Shown here piece after piece: positions 41,095-51,144 of a stretch of 64,000 nt of DNA (its first letter is position 1; each line of letters starts with the position of its first letter). The translations under genes were made by a program, and so were the position numbers. Source of the DNA: Syntrophales bacterium (lineage in GTDB: Bacteria; Desulfobacterota; Syntrophia; Syntrophales; UBA4778); NCBI GenBank assembly GCA_963665615.2, contig CAXXQE010000008.1, positions 62,001-126,000 on the forward strand. The letters are read 5' to 3'. Under the pieces are notes generated by a model that was given only the letters and a program-made list of their open reading frames with translations, had not been told where the DNA came from and ran no database searches.

Positions 41095-41910
41095 ATGAAA
41101 CAGGCACCGACATCATACGTCCACGGATATGACCCGTACGAAAACATCCGTCTCCAGGACCAGGCAGCAACGCTTGCGGATCTGCTGCACGCCGATACCG
41201 CGTACCCTCCGGGAAGCCGCGTCTTGGAGGCCGGATGCGGGGTGGGGGCGCAGACGGTTACCCTGGCCGCTAACAGTCCCGAGGCCTTGATCACGTCGAT
41301 CGATATCTCTGCGTCTTCCGTTGAGGCCGCCCGAAAGAAAATCGAGGCGGCTGGATACGCGAATGTCTCCTTTCTGCAAGCGGATCTCTTCAACACGGGC
41401 TTCCCGGCGGAATCCTTCGACCATATCTTCGTCTGCTTTGTCCTCGAACACCTCGCCCGCCCTCTGGACGCCTTGGCTATTCTGAAGGGGCTCCTTAAGA
41501 CGGGCGGCACCCTGACGGTCATCGAGGGGGATCACGGTTCGACCTATTTTTACCCGGACAGCGAGGCGGCGCATCGCGCAATCCGGTGCCAGATCGAGCT
41601 TCAGAGACGCGGCGGCGGAAACGCCAACATCGGCCGGGAGCTCTATCCGCTCCTGACGGCGGCGGGATTCGGCGCGCTCAGTGTTTCGCCCCGCATGGTT
41701 TATGTCGATTCAAGCAAACCCCAGCTCGTCACGGGCTTTACCCAAAACACCTTCACGGCGATGATCCGGGGCATCCGGACCGACGCCCTTGCAAACGGCT
41801 TGATAGACGAGGCGACTTTTGATAGGGGGATCGAAGCGCTTCACCGGACAACAGCGCCGGACGGGGTTTTCTGCTATACCTTTTTCAAGGCCGTCGGCGT
41901 GAAACCCTGA
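41095..41910 (+). CDS. Class I SAM-dependent methyltransferase
   Basis: VLEAGCGVG, FDHIFVCFVLEHL, LKTGG. Confidence 0.9.
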   Translation: MKQAPTSYVHGYDPYENIRLQDQAATLADLLHADTAYPPGSRVLEAGCGVGAQTVTLAANSPEALITSIDISASSVEAARKKIEAAGYANVSFLQADLFNTGFPAESFDHIFVCFVLEHLARPLDALAILKGLLKTGGTLTVIEGDHGSTYFYPDSEAAHRAIRCQIELQRRGGGNANIGRELYPLLTAAGFGALSVSPRMVYVDSSKPQLVTGFTQNTFTAMIRGIRTDALANGLIDEATFDRGIEALHRTTAPDGVFCYTFFKAVGVKP

Positions 41911-41988
41911 GTATACGTTTGCGGATGCGACGACAGCCCTTCCGCTTGGACACTCTGACACGGCTATCATAATTATATGGAGCTTTGA

Positions 41989-42489
41989 ATGCTGATCAGA
42001 AATGAGGCGACATCTGACGTTGAGGTCATCGACGAAATCACCCGAACCGCCTTCGAGAATCATCCCTACAGCAAGCAGACCGAATCGTTTATCGTTCGCG
42101 CGTTGCGGGCGGCCGATGCCCTGACAGTATCATTGGTCGCGGAGATCGACGGAAAGGCCGTCGGTCACGTGGCCTTCTCACCGGTGACAATATCGGGTGA
42201 AAGCGAAAACTGGTATGGCGCAGGCCCCCTCTCGGTCCTGCCGGCCTTCCAGCGAAAAGGTGTCGGAAAGGCCCTGTTCCTGGAGGGACTGAATCGCCTC
42301 AGGACGATAGGCGCACATGGCTGTGTTCTGGTCGGGGATCCTGGATATTACGTTCAGTTCGGCTTCAAGAATCCGCCCGAACTCGTTTTGGACGGCGTAC
42401 CGCCGCAGTACCTCCTTGCCCTCCCCCAGGAAGAACCGATGCCCCGCGGTGTCGTCACTTTTCACGACGCGTTCAAGGCCGACCGCTAA
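41989..42489 (+). CDS. GNAT N-acetyltransferase (YhbS-like)
   Basis: GHVAFSPV, VLPAFQRKGVG, GDPGYY.FGF. Confidence 0.9.
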   Translation: MLIRNEATSDVEVIDEITRTAFENHPYSKQTESFIVRALRAADALTVSLVAEIDGKAVGHVAFSPVTISGESENWYGAGPLSVLPAFQRKGVGKALFLEGLNRLRTIGAHGCVLVGDPGYYVQFGFKNPPELVLDGVPPQYLLALPQEEPMPRGVVTFHDAFKADR

Positions 42490-43138
42490 TACCCGCAACA
42501 AACCGAGCATCGCAGAGACGGCGGTAGAGGTCATTGGCCGCTCCTTCCACATCCTCAGCGGCAACAATGGCCGATACGACAGCGGCGCCGGCGGCGCCGG
42601 CACGAATGACCTCGGCGATATTGTTGGCGCCAATCCCGGAGATGCCGACAACGGGAACGGAGGACGCCCGGACGATTCCGAGAAGGCCATCAACTCCGAT
42701 CGGCTTGCCTGCATCTGACTTGGTGGCCGTTGCAAAAACGGGACTTGCTCCGATGTAATCAGCCCCTTCGGCAATGGCCTGAAGCGCCTCTTCGACCGTG
42801 TGCGCCGTAACCCCGATAATCTTGTTCGGACCAAGCAGACGCCGGGCCAGCGGCACCGACATGTCCTCCTGACCGACATGAACGCCGTCTGCGCCGACCG
42901 CCTGGGCCACATCCAGACGGTCGTTTACGATAAAGGGCGCCCCATATGCCCGGCACAGCTCAAAGAGCCGCCTCGCTGTCTGAACCATGTCCCTCGTGCA
43001 GGCATCTTTCTCGCGATATTGAACAACCGTCACACCACCCCGCAGGGCCGCGGCCACAATAGCCTCGTGGCTCCGCCCGCGCGAAAGTCCTGTATCGGTC
43101 ACGAGATAGAGACTGTAATCAATCTTGCGCGTGTTCAT
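42473..43138 (-). CDS. thiE: Thiamine-phosphate synthase
   Basis: LYLVTD, VQYREK, VNDRLD, GVHVGQED, TATK. Confidence 0.95.
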   Translation of the reverse strand: MNTRKIDYSLYLVTDTGLSRGRSHEAIVAAALRGGVTVVQYREKDACTRDMVQTARRLFELCRAYGAPFIVNDRLDVAQAVGADGVHVGQEDMSVPLARRLLGPNKIIGVTAHTVEEALQAIAEGADYIGASPVFATATKSDAGKPIGVDGLLGIVRASSVPVVGISGIGANNIAEVIRAGAAGAAVVSAIVAAEDVEGAANDLYRRLCDARFVAGISGRP

Positions 43139-43953
43139 ACGAGGCTCACCATCCGGACGCCCTGCGCAACCTGATCGGGCGTGAGCTGATAGAGGGCATC
43201 GAGCAGGGCCGTTCGGAACGACCCCGGGCCTTTCGTTTTTCCACCTGCCACTTCCGCGGCAAGACCGTAATAGGCGAGCGCAGCCGCGGCGGCCACGAGA
43301 TAATCTTCTTCAACCGCGCAGAAAGCGCCGATCACCGCCGTCACCATGCAACCGCTGCCCGTGATGTTCTGCAACATCGGATGTCCGTTATCCACACCGA
43401 CCACCCGTTGACCATCGGAGAGAAGATCCAAGGCACCGGTGATAGCGACAACGCTCTTCTGTCGCCGGGCAAACGCCGCCACAACCGCTTGCGCATCCTC
43501 CAGGTCTGCCGCGGAATCCACGCCGCGAACCATGCCGCCCACGCCGGACAACGCGCCGATCTCTCCGGCATTGCCCCGAATAACCGCCAGATCAAGCTCG
43601 CGGAGAAAGCGGGCGCCTGTTTCATTGCGTAACCGGGTCGCTCCGACACCGACGGGGTCATAGACGATTGGGACCCCGACGGCGTTGGCCTGCTTCCCCG
43701 CAACGAGCATCGCCTCGACCCAGTCTGTCGAAAGCGTTCCCGGATTGAGAACCAGAGCCCCCGCAATCTGCGCCAATTCGGCGACCTCTTCCAAGGCATG
43801 CGCCATCACCGGAGAGGCGCCGATCGCCAGCGTCGCATTTGCGGTATCGTTCATGACCACATAGTTGGTGATATGATGGATCAGCGGACGCTGTTGGCGT
43901 ATGCGTACGGCAAGATCCGCCGTTATGGTGCCCCAATTTCCAGTTGCGTTCAT
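43135..43953 (-). CDS. thiM: Hydroxyethylthiazole kinase
   Basis: PLIHHITNYV, GASPVMA, DPVGVGAT, RGNAGEI, TGSGC. Confidence 0.95.
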   Translation of the reverse strand: MNATGNWGTITADLAVRIRQQRPLIHHITNYVVMNDTANATLAIGASPVMAHALEEVAELAQIAGALVLNPGTLSTDWVEAMLVAGKQANAVGVPIVYDPVGVGATRLRNETGARFLRELDLAVIRGNAGEIGALSGVGGMVRGVDSAADLEDAQAVVAAFARRQKSVVAITGALDLLSDGQRVVGVDNGHPMLQNITGSGCMVTAVIGAFCAVEEDYLVAAAAALAYYGLAAEVAGGKTKGPGSFRTALLDALYQLTPDQVAQGVRMVSLV

Positions 43954-44073
43954 AGCTTTTTCGTTCCTTTCTCGTATGCGCAGTGCCCCGCATTCCCGTG
44001 ATGGCAAAGTTGTCGAAAAGGGTTTTACAATATTTCCGAAAAAAAATGAAGACCCCTGCTCCCCAAAACCGAA

Positions 44074-45177
44074 TCAGCTGCAATGCGCCAGCATGCGCTT
44101 GATGAGCAGCCGATCGGCCTTCGCAAATGCAAAGGCCGACAATTCCGTTTCCGCGATCCATCGGCAGACGAGTCCCTCGCCGGCCCGCACACGCCCGGTG
44201 AATCGCTTACAGCAAAACCCGTGAAGCGTCATCTTGAAATGCGTAAAAGCATGATCGACAGCCGCGGCCTCCTCGACCGCCGCAAGGGTCAGCCCCGTTT
44301 CCTCCTGCACCGTCCGCGTCAGGGCCTCTGTCAAGGATTCGCACGTTTCCTGAAAACCACCGGGAAGTTTCCAGAGTCCGGCCAGAAGCCCACGTCCCGA
44401 TCGCTGCATGATGAGCACTCGCCCTTTCTTATCCCGGATCAGTACCCCCACGGCATGGCGGCGTGCTAGGGGTTTCTTTTTGACCACGATAGGGATCCGG
44501 TCCTGCATCTGTCCTGCAAAGGCGCTGCAATGATGGCGGACCGGACAGACTTCGCATCGCGGGCCGTTCGGCAGGCAGATCGTGGCCCCCAAGTCCATCA
44601 GAGCCTGATTGAAGTCGCCGGGCGTGCGCGCCGGGATCAGGATATCGAGATGCGACGCAATCCTCTGCGCAGCCCCCTTTTCAGAAACAGGGGCTTCTAT
44701 CGCATAGAGCCTGGCTATAACGCGCTTGACGTTGCCGTCGATTGCGCTCAGGCGCTTCCCATAGGCAATGCTGAGGATCGCCCCCGCGGTATAAGCGCCG
44801 ATCCCGGGCAGCTTCAGAGCGGCCTTCGGATCATCGGGGAACCGGCCGCCATGCTGCGCTACAATCGCCGCGGCAGCGGCGTGGAGATGGCGGGCCCGCG
44901 AATAATACCCCAGATTTTCCCAGAGTTTGAGGACCTCTTCGAGGGGGGACGCGGCCAGTGTTTGCACGTCGGGAAAGCGTTTGAGAAACCGCCGATAATA
45001 CGGGATCACCGTATCGACCTGCGTCTGCTGCAACATGATCTCCGAAATCCAGATACAATAGGAATCCGACGTCTGCCGCCACGGCAGGTCCCGACCGTTC
45101 TTACGATACCACGCCAGAAGCTTTCTCCGGATTTCTTTTTCTTTGTTTTCGTTCGACTTATTCAGATCATTCATCAT
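44074..45177 (-). CDS. mutY: A/G-specific adenine glycosylase
   Basis: WISEIMLQQTQV, LGYYSRAR, LPGIGAYTA, CxxxxxxCxxCP. Confidence 0.95.
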   Translation of the reverse strand: MMNDLNKSNENKEKEIRRKLLAWYRKNGRDLPWRQTSDSYCIWISEIMLQQTQVDTVIPYYRRFLKRFPDVQTLAASPLEEVLKLWENLGYYSRARHLHAAAAAIVAQHGGRFPDDPKAALKLPGIGAYTAGAILSIAYGKRLSAIDGNVKRVIARLYAIEAPVSEKGAAQRIASHLDILIPARTPGDFNQALMDLGATICLPNGPRCEVCPVRHHCSAFAGQMQDRIPIVVKKKPLARRHAVGVLIRDKKGRVLIMQRSGRGLLAGLWKLPGGFQETCESLTEALTRTVQEETGLTLAAVEEAAAVDHAFTHFKMTLHGFCCKRFTGRVRAGEGLVCRWIAETELSAFAFAKADRLLIKRMLAHCS

Positions 45178-45344
45178 TTAATAACGCCGGTTCACAGTTT
45201 CGGGTTACCAGCTCACAATTGAAAAGAAGAATTCCTGGAGTCTTTATTAACCGATAATTGCCACTTCTGGCCAAGTCGCCATTTTGTTCCGGTTAAATCG
45301 CCGTGATACCACAGATGCTCTTTCGCCTTGTCACTCGTCACTAT

Positions 45345-45686
45345 TGATGGTCTCGTAAAAAATCGAATAACGTATCCATCATAAAACAAGAGGATGACGG
45401 GATGGGTCTCAAACGCGAATTCGTTAGCGAGCGCATTCCCCGCTGCTTGCGGCGGGACAAGCGAGCGCATCAGAACTGACGATCTACCCTGGGAATCGGA
45501 GATTCGCCGGAGCTTGCCTGTCTGCGTGCGGTTACGCACAGGCAGGCTCCGGTGAGTCTTCAATCAAAGATTTTTCCGGCCCGACGGCATTGGCAATCCA
45601 GCGCCCAACATGCCGGAAAAAGATTTCTGAGCGGCAGAGAGCCATCCCGTCATCCTCATTCCCTTTGACTTTTCACAGGATGATCA
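45345..45686. mobile_element. Composite MITE with nested inverted repeats
   Basis: Imperfect TIRs TGATGGTCTCGTAAAAAATC / GACTTTTCACAGGATGATCA with CTAT flanks; perfect 16-bp inner IR 45390-45405 / 45642-45657. Confidence 0.65.
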
Positions 45687-45707
45687 CTATTTACTATTTA
45701 CTGTTTT

Positions 45708-46655
45708 CTATGCGTGGTGTCTCAACTGCAGCTCCACAGAATCTCGCGCCAAATACACCTGCCCCTTGAGATATGGCTGATCGTATTTCCGGACATAGTG
45801 ATGCAACAGCGTCATCGGCACAATGAGCAAAGAAACGCCTTTGCGATAAAGCTCGATGCGCTCGAGCATTTCCTGCTTCTCGTCGGTGGAAAGCTGCTTC
45901 TTGAAATACCCCAGGATATGCTGCAAAACATTGGCGTGCTTACGCCGCGTGTCCTTCAGGGCCAGCGCCTCCAGGAAAGCCGCCTGATAGCGATCGTAGA
46001 GTTCCGTCACAGACATTGTCGTCGGCTGCGCCACGAGACGGCCAAGCAAGCGGTAGTGTTTCTCGCTGTGCGACAGCACGATAAGTTTGTGGGCGGTATG
46101 AAACGCGGCCAGCCGCCCTGCGCTTTTCCCCTGCGCCAGGCACTGCCGCCAGCGCCTCAATGCGAAGATCCGCTCGATGAAGTGCTCTCTTTGTTCCGGA
46201 TCGTGGAGCCGCTCCTCGTCCTCGACCGGCAGGAGCGGAAAGCGTTCCATAAAGGCGCGGACAAAGAGCCCCGTGCCTCTTTTCACCGGCGGCCCGTCTG
46301 CCGGATACACCTTGACCTGTGCCATCCCGCAGGAGGGCGAGCGGCTCTTGCAGATAAAGCCGTCGAGTTCTTCCTTCTCGAGCGCCGTGACGCCACGGGC
46401 GGCCCACACGGACATCCGGCGCGTGTGATCCATATTGCTTTGAATCGTTACCAGCCGCGGCGCCTCCGGATCGCCGACCAAGCGCATCGCCTCGCGGGGC
46501 ACGCCCAGTCCCAGCGCCGTTTCTGGACAGATCGGAACGAATTCGATATACTGTCCAAGTGTTTCCTTCAGAAAGGGATCGAGCTTGTGCCCCCCGTCAT
46601 AGCGGACAGGCTGGCCAAGCAGACAGGCACTGATCCCCAGTTTTATTTTTTTCAT
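45708..46655 (-). CDS. DUF523/DUF1722 protein (YbgA, 2-thiouracil desulfurase family)
   Basis: GISACLLG..VRYDGGH, CPE, SPSCG, GYFK. Confidence 0.9.
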   Translation of the reverse strand: MKKIKLGISACLLGQPVRYDGGHKLDPFLKETLGQYIEFVPICPETALGLGVPREAMRLVGDPEAPRLVTIQSNMDHTRRMSVWAARGVTALEKEELDGFICKSRSPSCGMAQVKVYPADGPPVKRGTGLFVRAFMERFPLLPVEDEERLHDPEQREHFIERIFALRRWRQCLAQGKSAGRLAAFHTAHKLIVLSHSEKHYRLLGRLVAQPTTMSVTELYDRYQAAFLEALALKDTRRKHANVLQHILGYFKKQLSTDEKQEMLERIELYRKGVSLLIVPMTLLHHYVRKYDQPYLKGQVYLARDSVELQLRHHA

Positions 46656-46670
46656 AAAAAATGCGGCCCC

Positions 46671-46684
46671 TTGACTTAGGTCAA
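46671..46684. promoter_or_regulatory. Crp/Fnr-family (HcpR-type) operator upstream of hcp
   Basis: Perfect TTGAC-N4-GTCAA palindrome 72 bp before the hcp ATG. Confidence 0.7.
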
Positions 46685-46756
46685 TGTTTTCGTCGCGCAC
46701 TGTCAGCATAATTCACCCAACAAAATGACACCACCAAAAAATGAAGAAGGAGGGTT

Positions 46757-48379
46757 ATGACGATGTTTTGTTATCAATGTGAACAAACCGCGGGTGGCAC
46801 AGGATGTGGAAAGAGCGGTGTCTGCGGCAAACTGCCCAACGAGGCGGCCTTGCAGGATCTTCTGACAAAAAAGCTCGTCGAATTATCCCAGGCGGCGCTC
46901 AAGGCGGGCGCGAGCGAGCAAGCCATCGCCGACCTCGGCCGTTTTATGGTCGCTACGCTTTTCGATACCGTGACGAACGTCAACTTTGATCCTGAAAAGA
47001 CGGCGAGACTGATCCAGGCAACTGAAGAGCGAACAAAAGAATTGACTGCCTGGGCGGGCGGCGGCTGTGGTTGCGGCTGCGGTTGTGTAGAGGCCGTTCC
47101 CACTCTGGATGAACTGATCGCCGCGGGCGAGCAGGCCGGGATAAAGAGCTATCCGGCCGCCAACGAGGATATTCTGTCGCTAAAGCATATCCTGCTGTTC
47201 GGCATCCGGGGCTTTGCGGCATACGCGCATCACGCGGCCCTGCTGGGCAAGGAAGACCCGGCGGTCTACCGCTTTGTCCTTGAGGGGCTGGCCGCCCTGG
47301 CCGACGCCGGTCTGACGATGGACGCGGCTGTGGGGCTGGTCCTCAAATGCGGGGAGATCAACCTGAAGGCAATGGAACTCCTCGACGCGGCCAACACTGG
47401 CGCTTATGGACATCCGGTCCCGACGAGCGTTCCGCTCGGCGCCAAGAAGGGAAAGGCCATCCTGGTCTCGGGGCACGATCTGCTGGATCTCGAAAAACTC
47501 CTCCAGCAGACCGAGGGCAAGGGCATCAATATCTACACGCACGGCGAAATGCTCCCGGCCCACGGCTATCCGGGCCTGAAGAAGTATGCCCACCTCGTCG
47601 GCCACTACGGCACGGCCTGGCAGAACCAGGCGAAGGAATTCGCCGCCTTCCCCGGCGCGATCCTGATGACCACCAACTGCATCCAGAGACCGTCGGACGT
47701 TTACAGCGACCGGATCTTCACAGCGGGACCGGTGGGCTGGCCCGGCGTCAAGCACGTCTATCGCAACGACTTCTCCCCGGTGATCGAGAAGGCCCTGGCA
47801 ACGCCCGGCTTTACGGAAGACACCGACAAGGGCAGTGTTCTGGCGGGCTTCGGCCGCAATGCCGTACTCGGTGTGGCGGATAAGGTCATCGACGCCGTCA
47901 AGGCGGGACAGATCAAACACTTCTTCCTCGTGGCCGGCTGCGACGGCGCCAAGCCCGGACGCAACTACTACACCGAATTTGTTGAGAAGGTCCCCAAGGA
48001 CTGCGTGGTTCTGACCCTGGCCTGCGGGAAGTTCCGTTTCTTCGACATGCAACTGGGCGATATCGGCGGCATCCCGAGGCTCCTGGATATCGGGCAGTGC
48101 AACGACGCCTACTCTGCGATTCAGATCGCCGTAGCGCTCGCCAAGGCCTTCAATATCGGCGTCAATGACCTGCCGCTGTCGATGATTCTGTCGTGGTATG
48201 AGCAGAAGGCCGTCGCAATTCTGCTGACGCTCCTGGCGCTCGGGATCAAGGATATCCGCCTCGGGCCGTCGCTGCCGGCTTTTGTTACGCCCAATGTTCT
48301 TAATTTCCTGGTCGAGAAGTTCAATATCAAGCCGATCACGACGCCGGACGAGGACCTGAAGGCGATACTTAAGAACTAG
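46757..48379 (+). CDS. hcp: Hybrid cluster protein (hydroxylamine/NO reductase)
   Basis: MFCYQCEQT..GC...GVCGK, SGHDL, THGEM, GCDG, GQCND, SWYEQKA. Confidence 0.96.
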   Translation: MTMFCYQCEQTAGGTGCGKSGVCGKLPNEAALQDLLTKKLVELSQAALKAGASEQAIADLGRFMVATLFDTVTNVNFDPEKTARLIQATEERTKELTAWAGGGCGCGCGCVEAVPTLDELIAAGEQAGIKSYPAANEDILSLKHILLFGIRGFAAYAHHAALLGKEDPAVYRFVLEGLAALADAGLTMDAAVGLVLKCGEINLKAMELLDAANTGAYGHPVPTSVPLGAKKGKAILVSGHDLLDLEKLLQQTEGKGINIYTHGEMLPAHGYPGLKKYAHLVGHYGTAWQNQAKEFAAFPGAILMTTNCIQRPSDVYSDRIFTAGPVGWPGVKHVYRNDFSPVIEKALATPGFTEDTDKGSVLAGFGRNAVLGVADKVIDAVKAGQIKHFFLVAGCDGAKPGRNYYTEFVEKVPKDCVVLTLACGKFRFFDMQLGDIGGIPRLLDIGQCNDAYSAIQIAVALAKAFNIGVNDLPLSMILSWYEQKAVAILLTLLALGIKDIRLGPSLPAFVTPNVLNFLVEKFNIKPITTPDEDLKAILKN

Positions 48380-48401
48380 TTCCGGGTTCGGCATTCAGGG
48401 T

Positions 48402-48435
48402 AAAAAGAGAGGGGGCTTTCGGGCCCCCTCTCTTT
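48402..48435. terminator. Bidirectional terminator between hcp and korB
   Basis: AAAGAGAGGGGGC-TTTCGG-GCCCCCTCTCTTT. Confidence 0.8.
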
Positions 48436-49273
48436 AGTGTCCCGGGCCGTCGCGATGGCGCATTTCGATGTAGCTCGAAACAGCATCCTCCGTGCACCCC
48501 TGCCGGAAGAGACGATTCCCCGGCGCCCTGGGTGTAACCCGCTCATCCCGATAGAGGATTCCCACGGGAATCTTATCCCCCCAGATGCCCGCGATCTCCA
48601 AGGCCTCCGCTTTTGTCCGAGCCGGTTGGCCGAGCGAGTAAATTCGTTCGCTGTACCACTGGTAGGTATTGATCTTGTTGAAGGACACGCAGGGCTGCAT
48701 GACATCGACGACGGCGGTTCCCTTGAAGGCGATCGCCTCCTTGAGCAGCTGCGTTAACCCCTTGGCATCTCCTGCAAAACCGCGCGCCACAAAGGGTGCG
48801 CCCATGACAATGGCCAGGGTCAGGGGATTGAGCGGTGTGTTTTCATTTCCCTGCGGATCGAGGGCGTTCTTCACGCCGAGGTCTGTCGTCGGGCCGCTCT
48901 GCCCCTTGGTCAGGGCATAAACCCGGTTGTCGCAGATGAGGATGGTGAGGTCGAGGTTCCGGCGGATCGTATGAATGAAATGATTGCCGCCCTCTCCGAG
49001 ATGGCAGCCATCGCCCGACACTGCAATCACCGTGAGTTCCGGCCGGGCCAGCTTGATCCCGACGGCGACCGGCAGCGAGCGGCCGTGAAGGCCGTTGAAG
49101 TAGTTGGTTTCCAGATACTGCGGCATCTTCGCCGCCTGGCCGATTCCGGAGGTCATAACAACCTGGTTCGGCGCAAGGGCAAGGTCTTTCAAGGCCGCTT
49201 CCAAGGCGTTTCGGATTCCGAAATCGCCGCACCCCGGACACCATGCGATGTCTCTGTTGCCTGCCCAAACCAT
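48434..49273 (-). CDS. korB: 2-oxoacid:ferredoxin oxidoreductase beta subunit
   Basis: WCPGCGDF, LHGR, GDG, YALTKGQ, QPCVSFN. Confidence 0.88.
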   Translation of the reverse strand: MVWAGNRDIAWCPGCGDFGIRNALEAALKDLALAPNQVVMTSGIGQAAKMPQYLETNYFNGLHGRSLPVAVGIKLARPELTVIAVSGDGCHLGEGGNHFIHTIRRNLDLTILICDNRVYALTKGQSGPTTDLGVKNALDPQGNENTPLNPLTLAIVMGAPFVARGFAGDAKGLTQLLKEAIAFKGTAVVDVMQPCVSFNKINTYQWYSERIYSLGQPARTKAEALEIAGIWGDKIPVGILYRDERVTPRAPGNRLFRQGCTEDAVSSYIEMRHRDGPGH

Positions 49274-49351
49274 ATTTCCTCCTGCCATTGCAAAGTTAAG
49301 AAGCTCAGAAGATGAGAAGTTGCGAGAAAAACACTCCGCGCTCCGATCATC

Positions 49352-51004
49352 TCAATTTTTTTGCCCAACGTCCTGACCTCTTAACTTCACAGCTTCTATC
49401 TTTTTACAGATCTCATCCACGGTAAAACACGTCCCGTCGTACTTCAGGATGCGGTCGCCGACGGTCAGACCGAGCTCCTGCTTGAGCAGGTTCGCAAACT
49501 GACCGGTGGCGTTGTTTTCAATCCCGATGAGGCGTTTGCGACCGAGGCCCAATCCCTCGATCATTTCAGGGATGAGCGGATAGAGTTGGCGAAAGTGAAG
49601 TCCCCCGATCCTCACCCCCTCTTGATTCAGCCGATCGACCGCCTCCTTGACAATGAGTTTGTTGGAGCCCCAGCAGATCAGCACCGTATCGGCCTGCATA
49701 TCGCCGAACGCCTGGGGCGCCAGGACGTATCTGCGGGCTGTCGCCTCTTTGGCAAGCCGCTTGTCGACCATGCGAACCCGCAGCTCGAGGTCCTCGGTGA
49801 TCCGTCCTTCCTCGTCATGCTCGTCCGAATCGACGCAGACCAGGGCCTCGCCGATACCGGGAAAGGTCAGGGGAGAGACGCCGTCCGGGGTCAATCGGTA
49901 GCGCCGGTAATCCGAGCCGTAAGCCGTCACCTCTCGGCAACCGATGAGGGTGCCCACCGGCTCTTCCAGAATTTGCACGGAGTCGGCCAGATACTGATCG
50001 GTAAGGATAAAGACAGGCCCCTGGATGGCATCGGCCAACTCGAAGCTCCGGCGGGCCAGGTCGATCGCCTCGTCGATGGAGCCGGGGGCGAGCAGAATCC
50101 GGGGGAACTCGCCATGGCCTGCGTGGAGGATAAAATTGAGATCTCCCTGCTCGGTTCGGGTCGGAAGCCCTGTGGAAGGACCGGGGCGCTGGGCGACGAT
50201 GACGACGACGGGCGTCTCTGTCATCCCCGCCAGGGAGACCGCCTCCGGCATGAGCGCGAAGCCGCCACCGGAAGTCGCCACCATCGCGCGCAAGCCCGCG
50301 TAGGAGGCCCCGATCGCCATGTTGATCGCGGCGATCTCGTCCTCGGCCTGCTCGAAGTGGATAGGCAGATGCTGGGCGGCCTGCGAGAAGTGCACCATGA
50401 TCGACGTGGCGGGAGTCATCGGATAACTGGCCATAAACTGGCACCCCCCGAGGATCGCCCCCAGTCCCAACGCCTGATTGCCGTCAAAGCGCAGGTGATC
50501 CGCCGAGGCCTTGGCGGCAACGACAAAACGACCGGCGACTCCCCAGCGTTCGGCCACGGCGTAGCCTTCGTCGAGGGCCAGGCGGTCGGCGGCATCTTTT
50601 GCTTCGATCGACGCAAGAGGCACGCCGATGGCGGCCAGGAGGAGTCCGACGATGACGCTGTTGGCGGCCGGGGCCGAGCCGAAGGCCTCGCGGGCCCTGC
50701 GCTCAATCTCGCCCACTTGCGCATGAGACAGCAGAAAGCCCCCGGGGCGAAGGTCCGCACCGTGGCGCCGTTCGGTCTCCTGGTCGAGCGCAATGACGAT
50801 ATCCCAGACCGCTCCGACCAGGGCGTTCACCGGGTGGTCGGCAACGCGAAACATGTGGAAGTTATGACCGCCCCGGATTCGGGACATGTAGTTTTTGGTT
50901 GCAAAGAAATGATAGTTCAGGCGGGAAAGGGTTTCGTTCAGGCGGTTTTCGATGGACATCATGCCCTGCCCCGCCTCGCCGCCGATCAACAAATTAAACT
51001 CCAT
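49352..51004 (-). CDS. korA: 2-oxoacid:ferredoxin oxidoreductase alpha subunit (gamma-alpha fusion)
   Basis: GGEAGQG, SRIRGGHN, YPMTPA, QAEDEIAA, QRPGPSTGLPT. Confidence 0.88.
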   Translation of the reverse strand: MEFNLLIGGEAGQGMMSIENRLNETLSRLNYHFFATKNYMSRIRGGHNFHMFRVADHPVNALVGAVWDIVIALDQETERRHGADLRPGGFLLSHAQVGEIERRAREAFGSAPAANSVIVGLLLAAIGVPLASIEAKDAADRLALDEGYAVAERWGVAGRFVVAAKASADHLRFDGNQALGLGAILGGCQFMASYPMTPATSIMVHFSQAAQHLPIHFEQAEDEIAAINMAIGASYAGLRAMVATSGGGFALMPEAVSLAGMTETPVVVIVAQRPGPSTGLPTRTEQGDLNFILHAGHGEFPRILLAPGSIDEAIDLARRSFELADAIQGPVFILTDQYLADSVQILEEPVGTLIGCREVTAYGSDYRRYRLTPDGVSPLTFPGIGEALVCVDSDEHDEEGRITEDLELRVRMVDKRLAKEATARRYVLAPQAFGDMQADTVLICWGSNKLIVKEAVDRLNQEGVRIGGLHFRQLYPLIPEMIEGLGLGRKRLIGIENNATGQFANLLKQELGLTVGDRILKYDGTCFTVDEICKKIEAVKLRGQDVGQKN

Positions 51005-51144
51005 CGGACACCCCCATGCCATCTTCGCTTGAAGATTCACCGGACCAATTTTCAGTGGATCCCGTAGCGAGTGTAAGATCGAGCGATCGTCTTTTTCAAG
51101 AATAACGATCCGACGATGGTCGGACCGACATGAGTAGGCAACGT

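Noticed and set aside
43954..44073. Second TPP riboswitch before thiM-thiE
   Set aside because: No CTGAGA/ACCTGA core found
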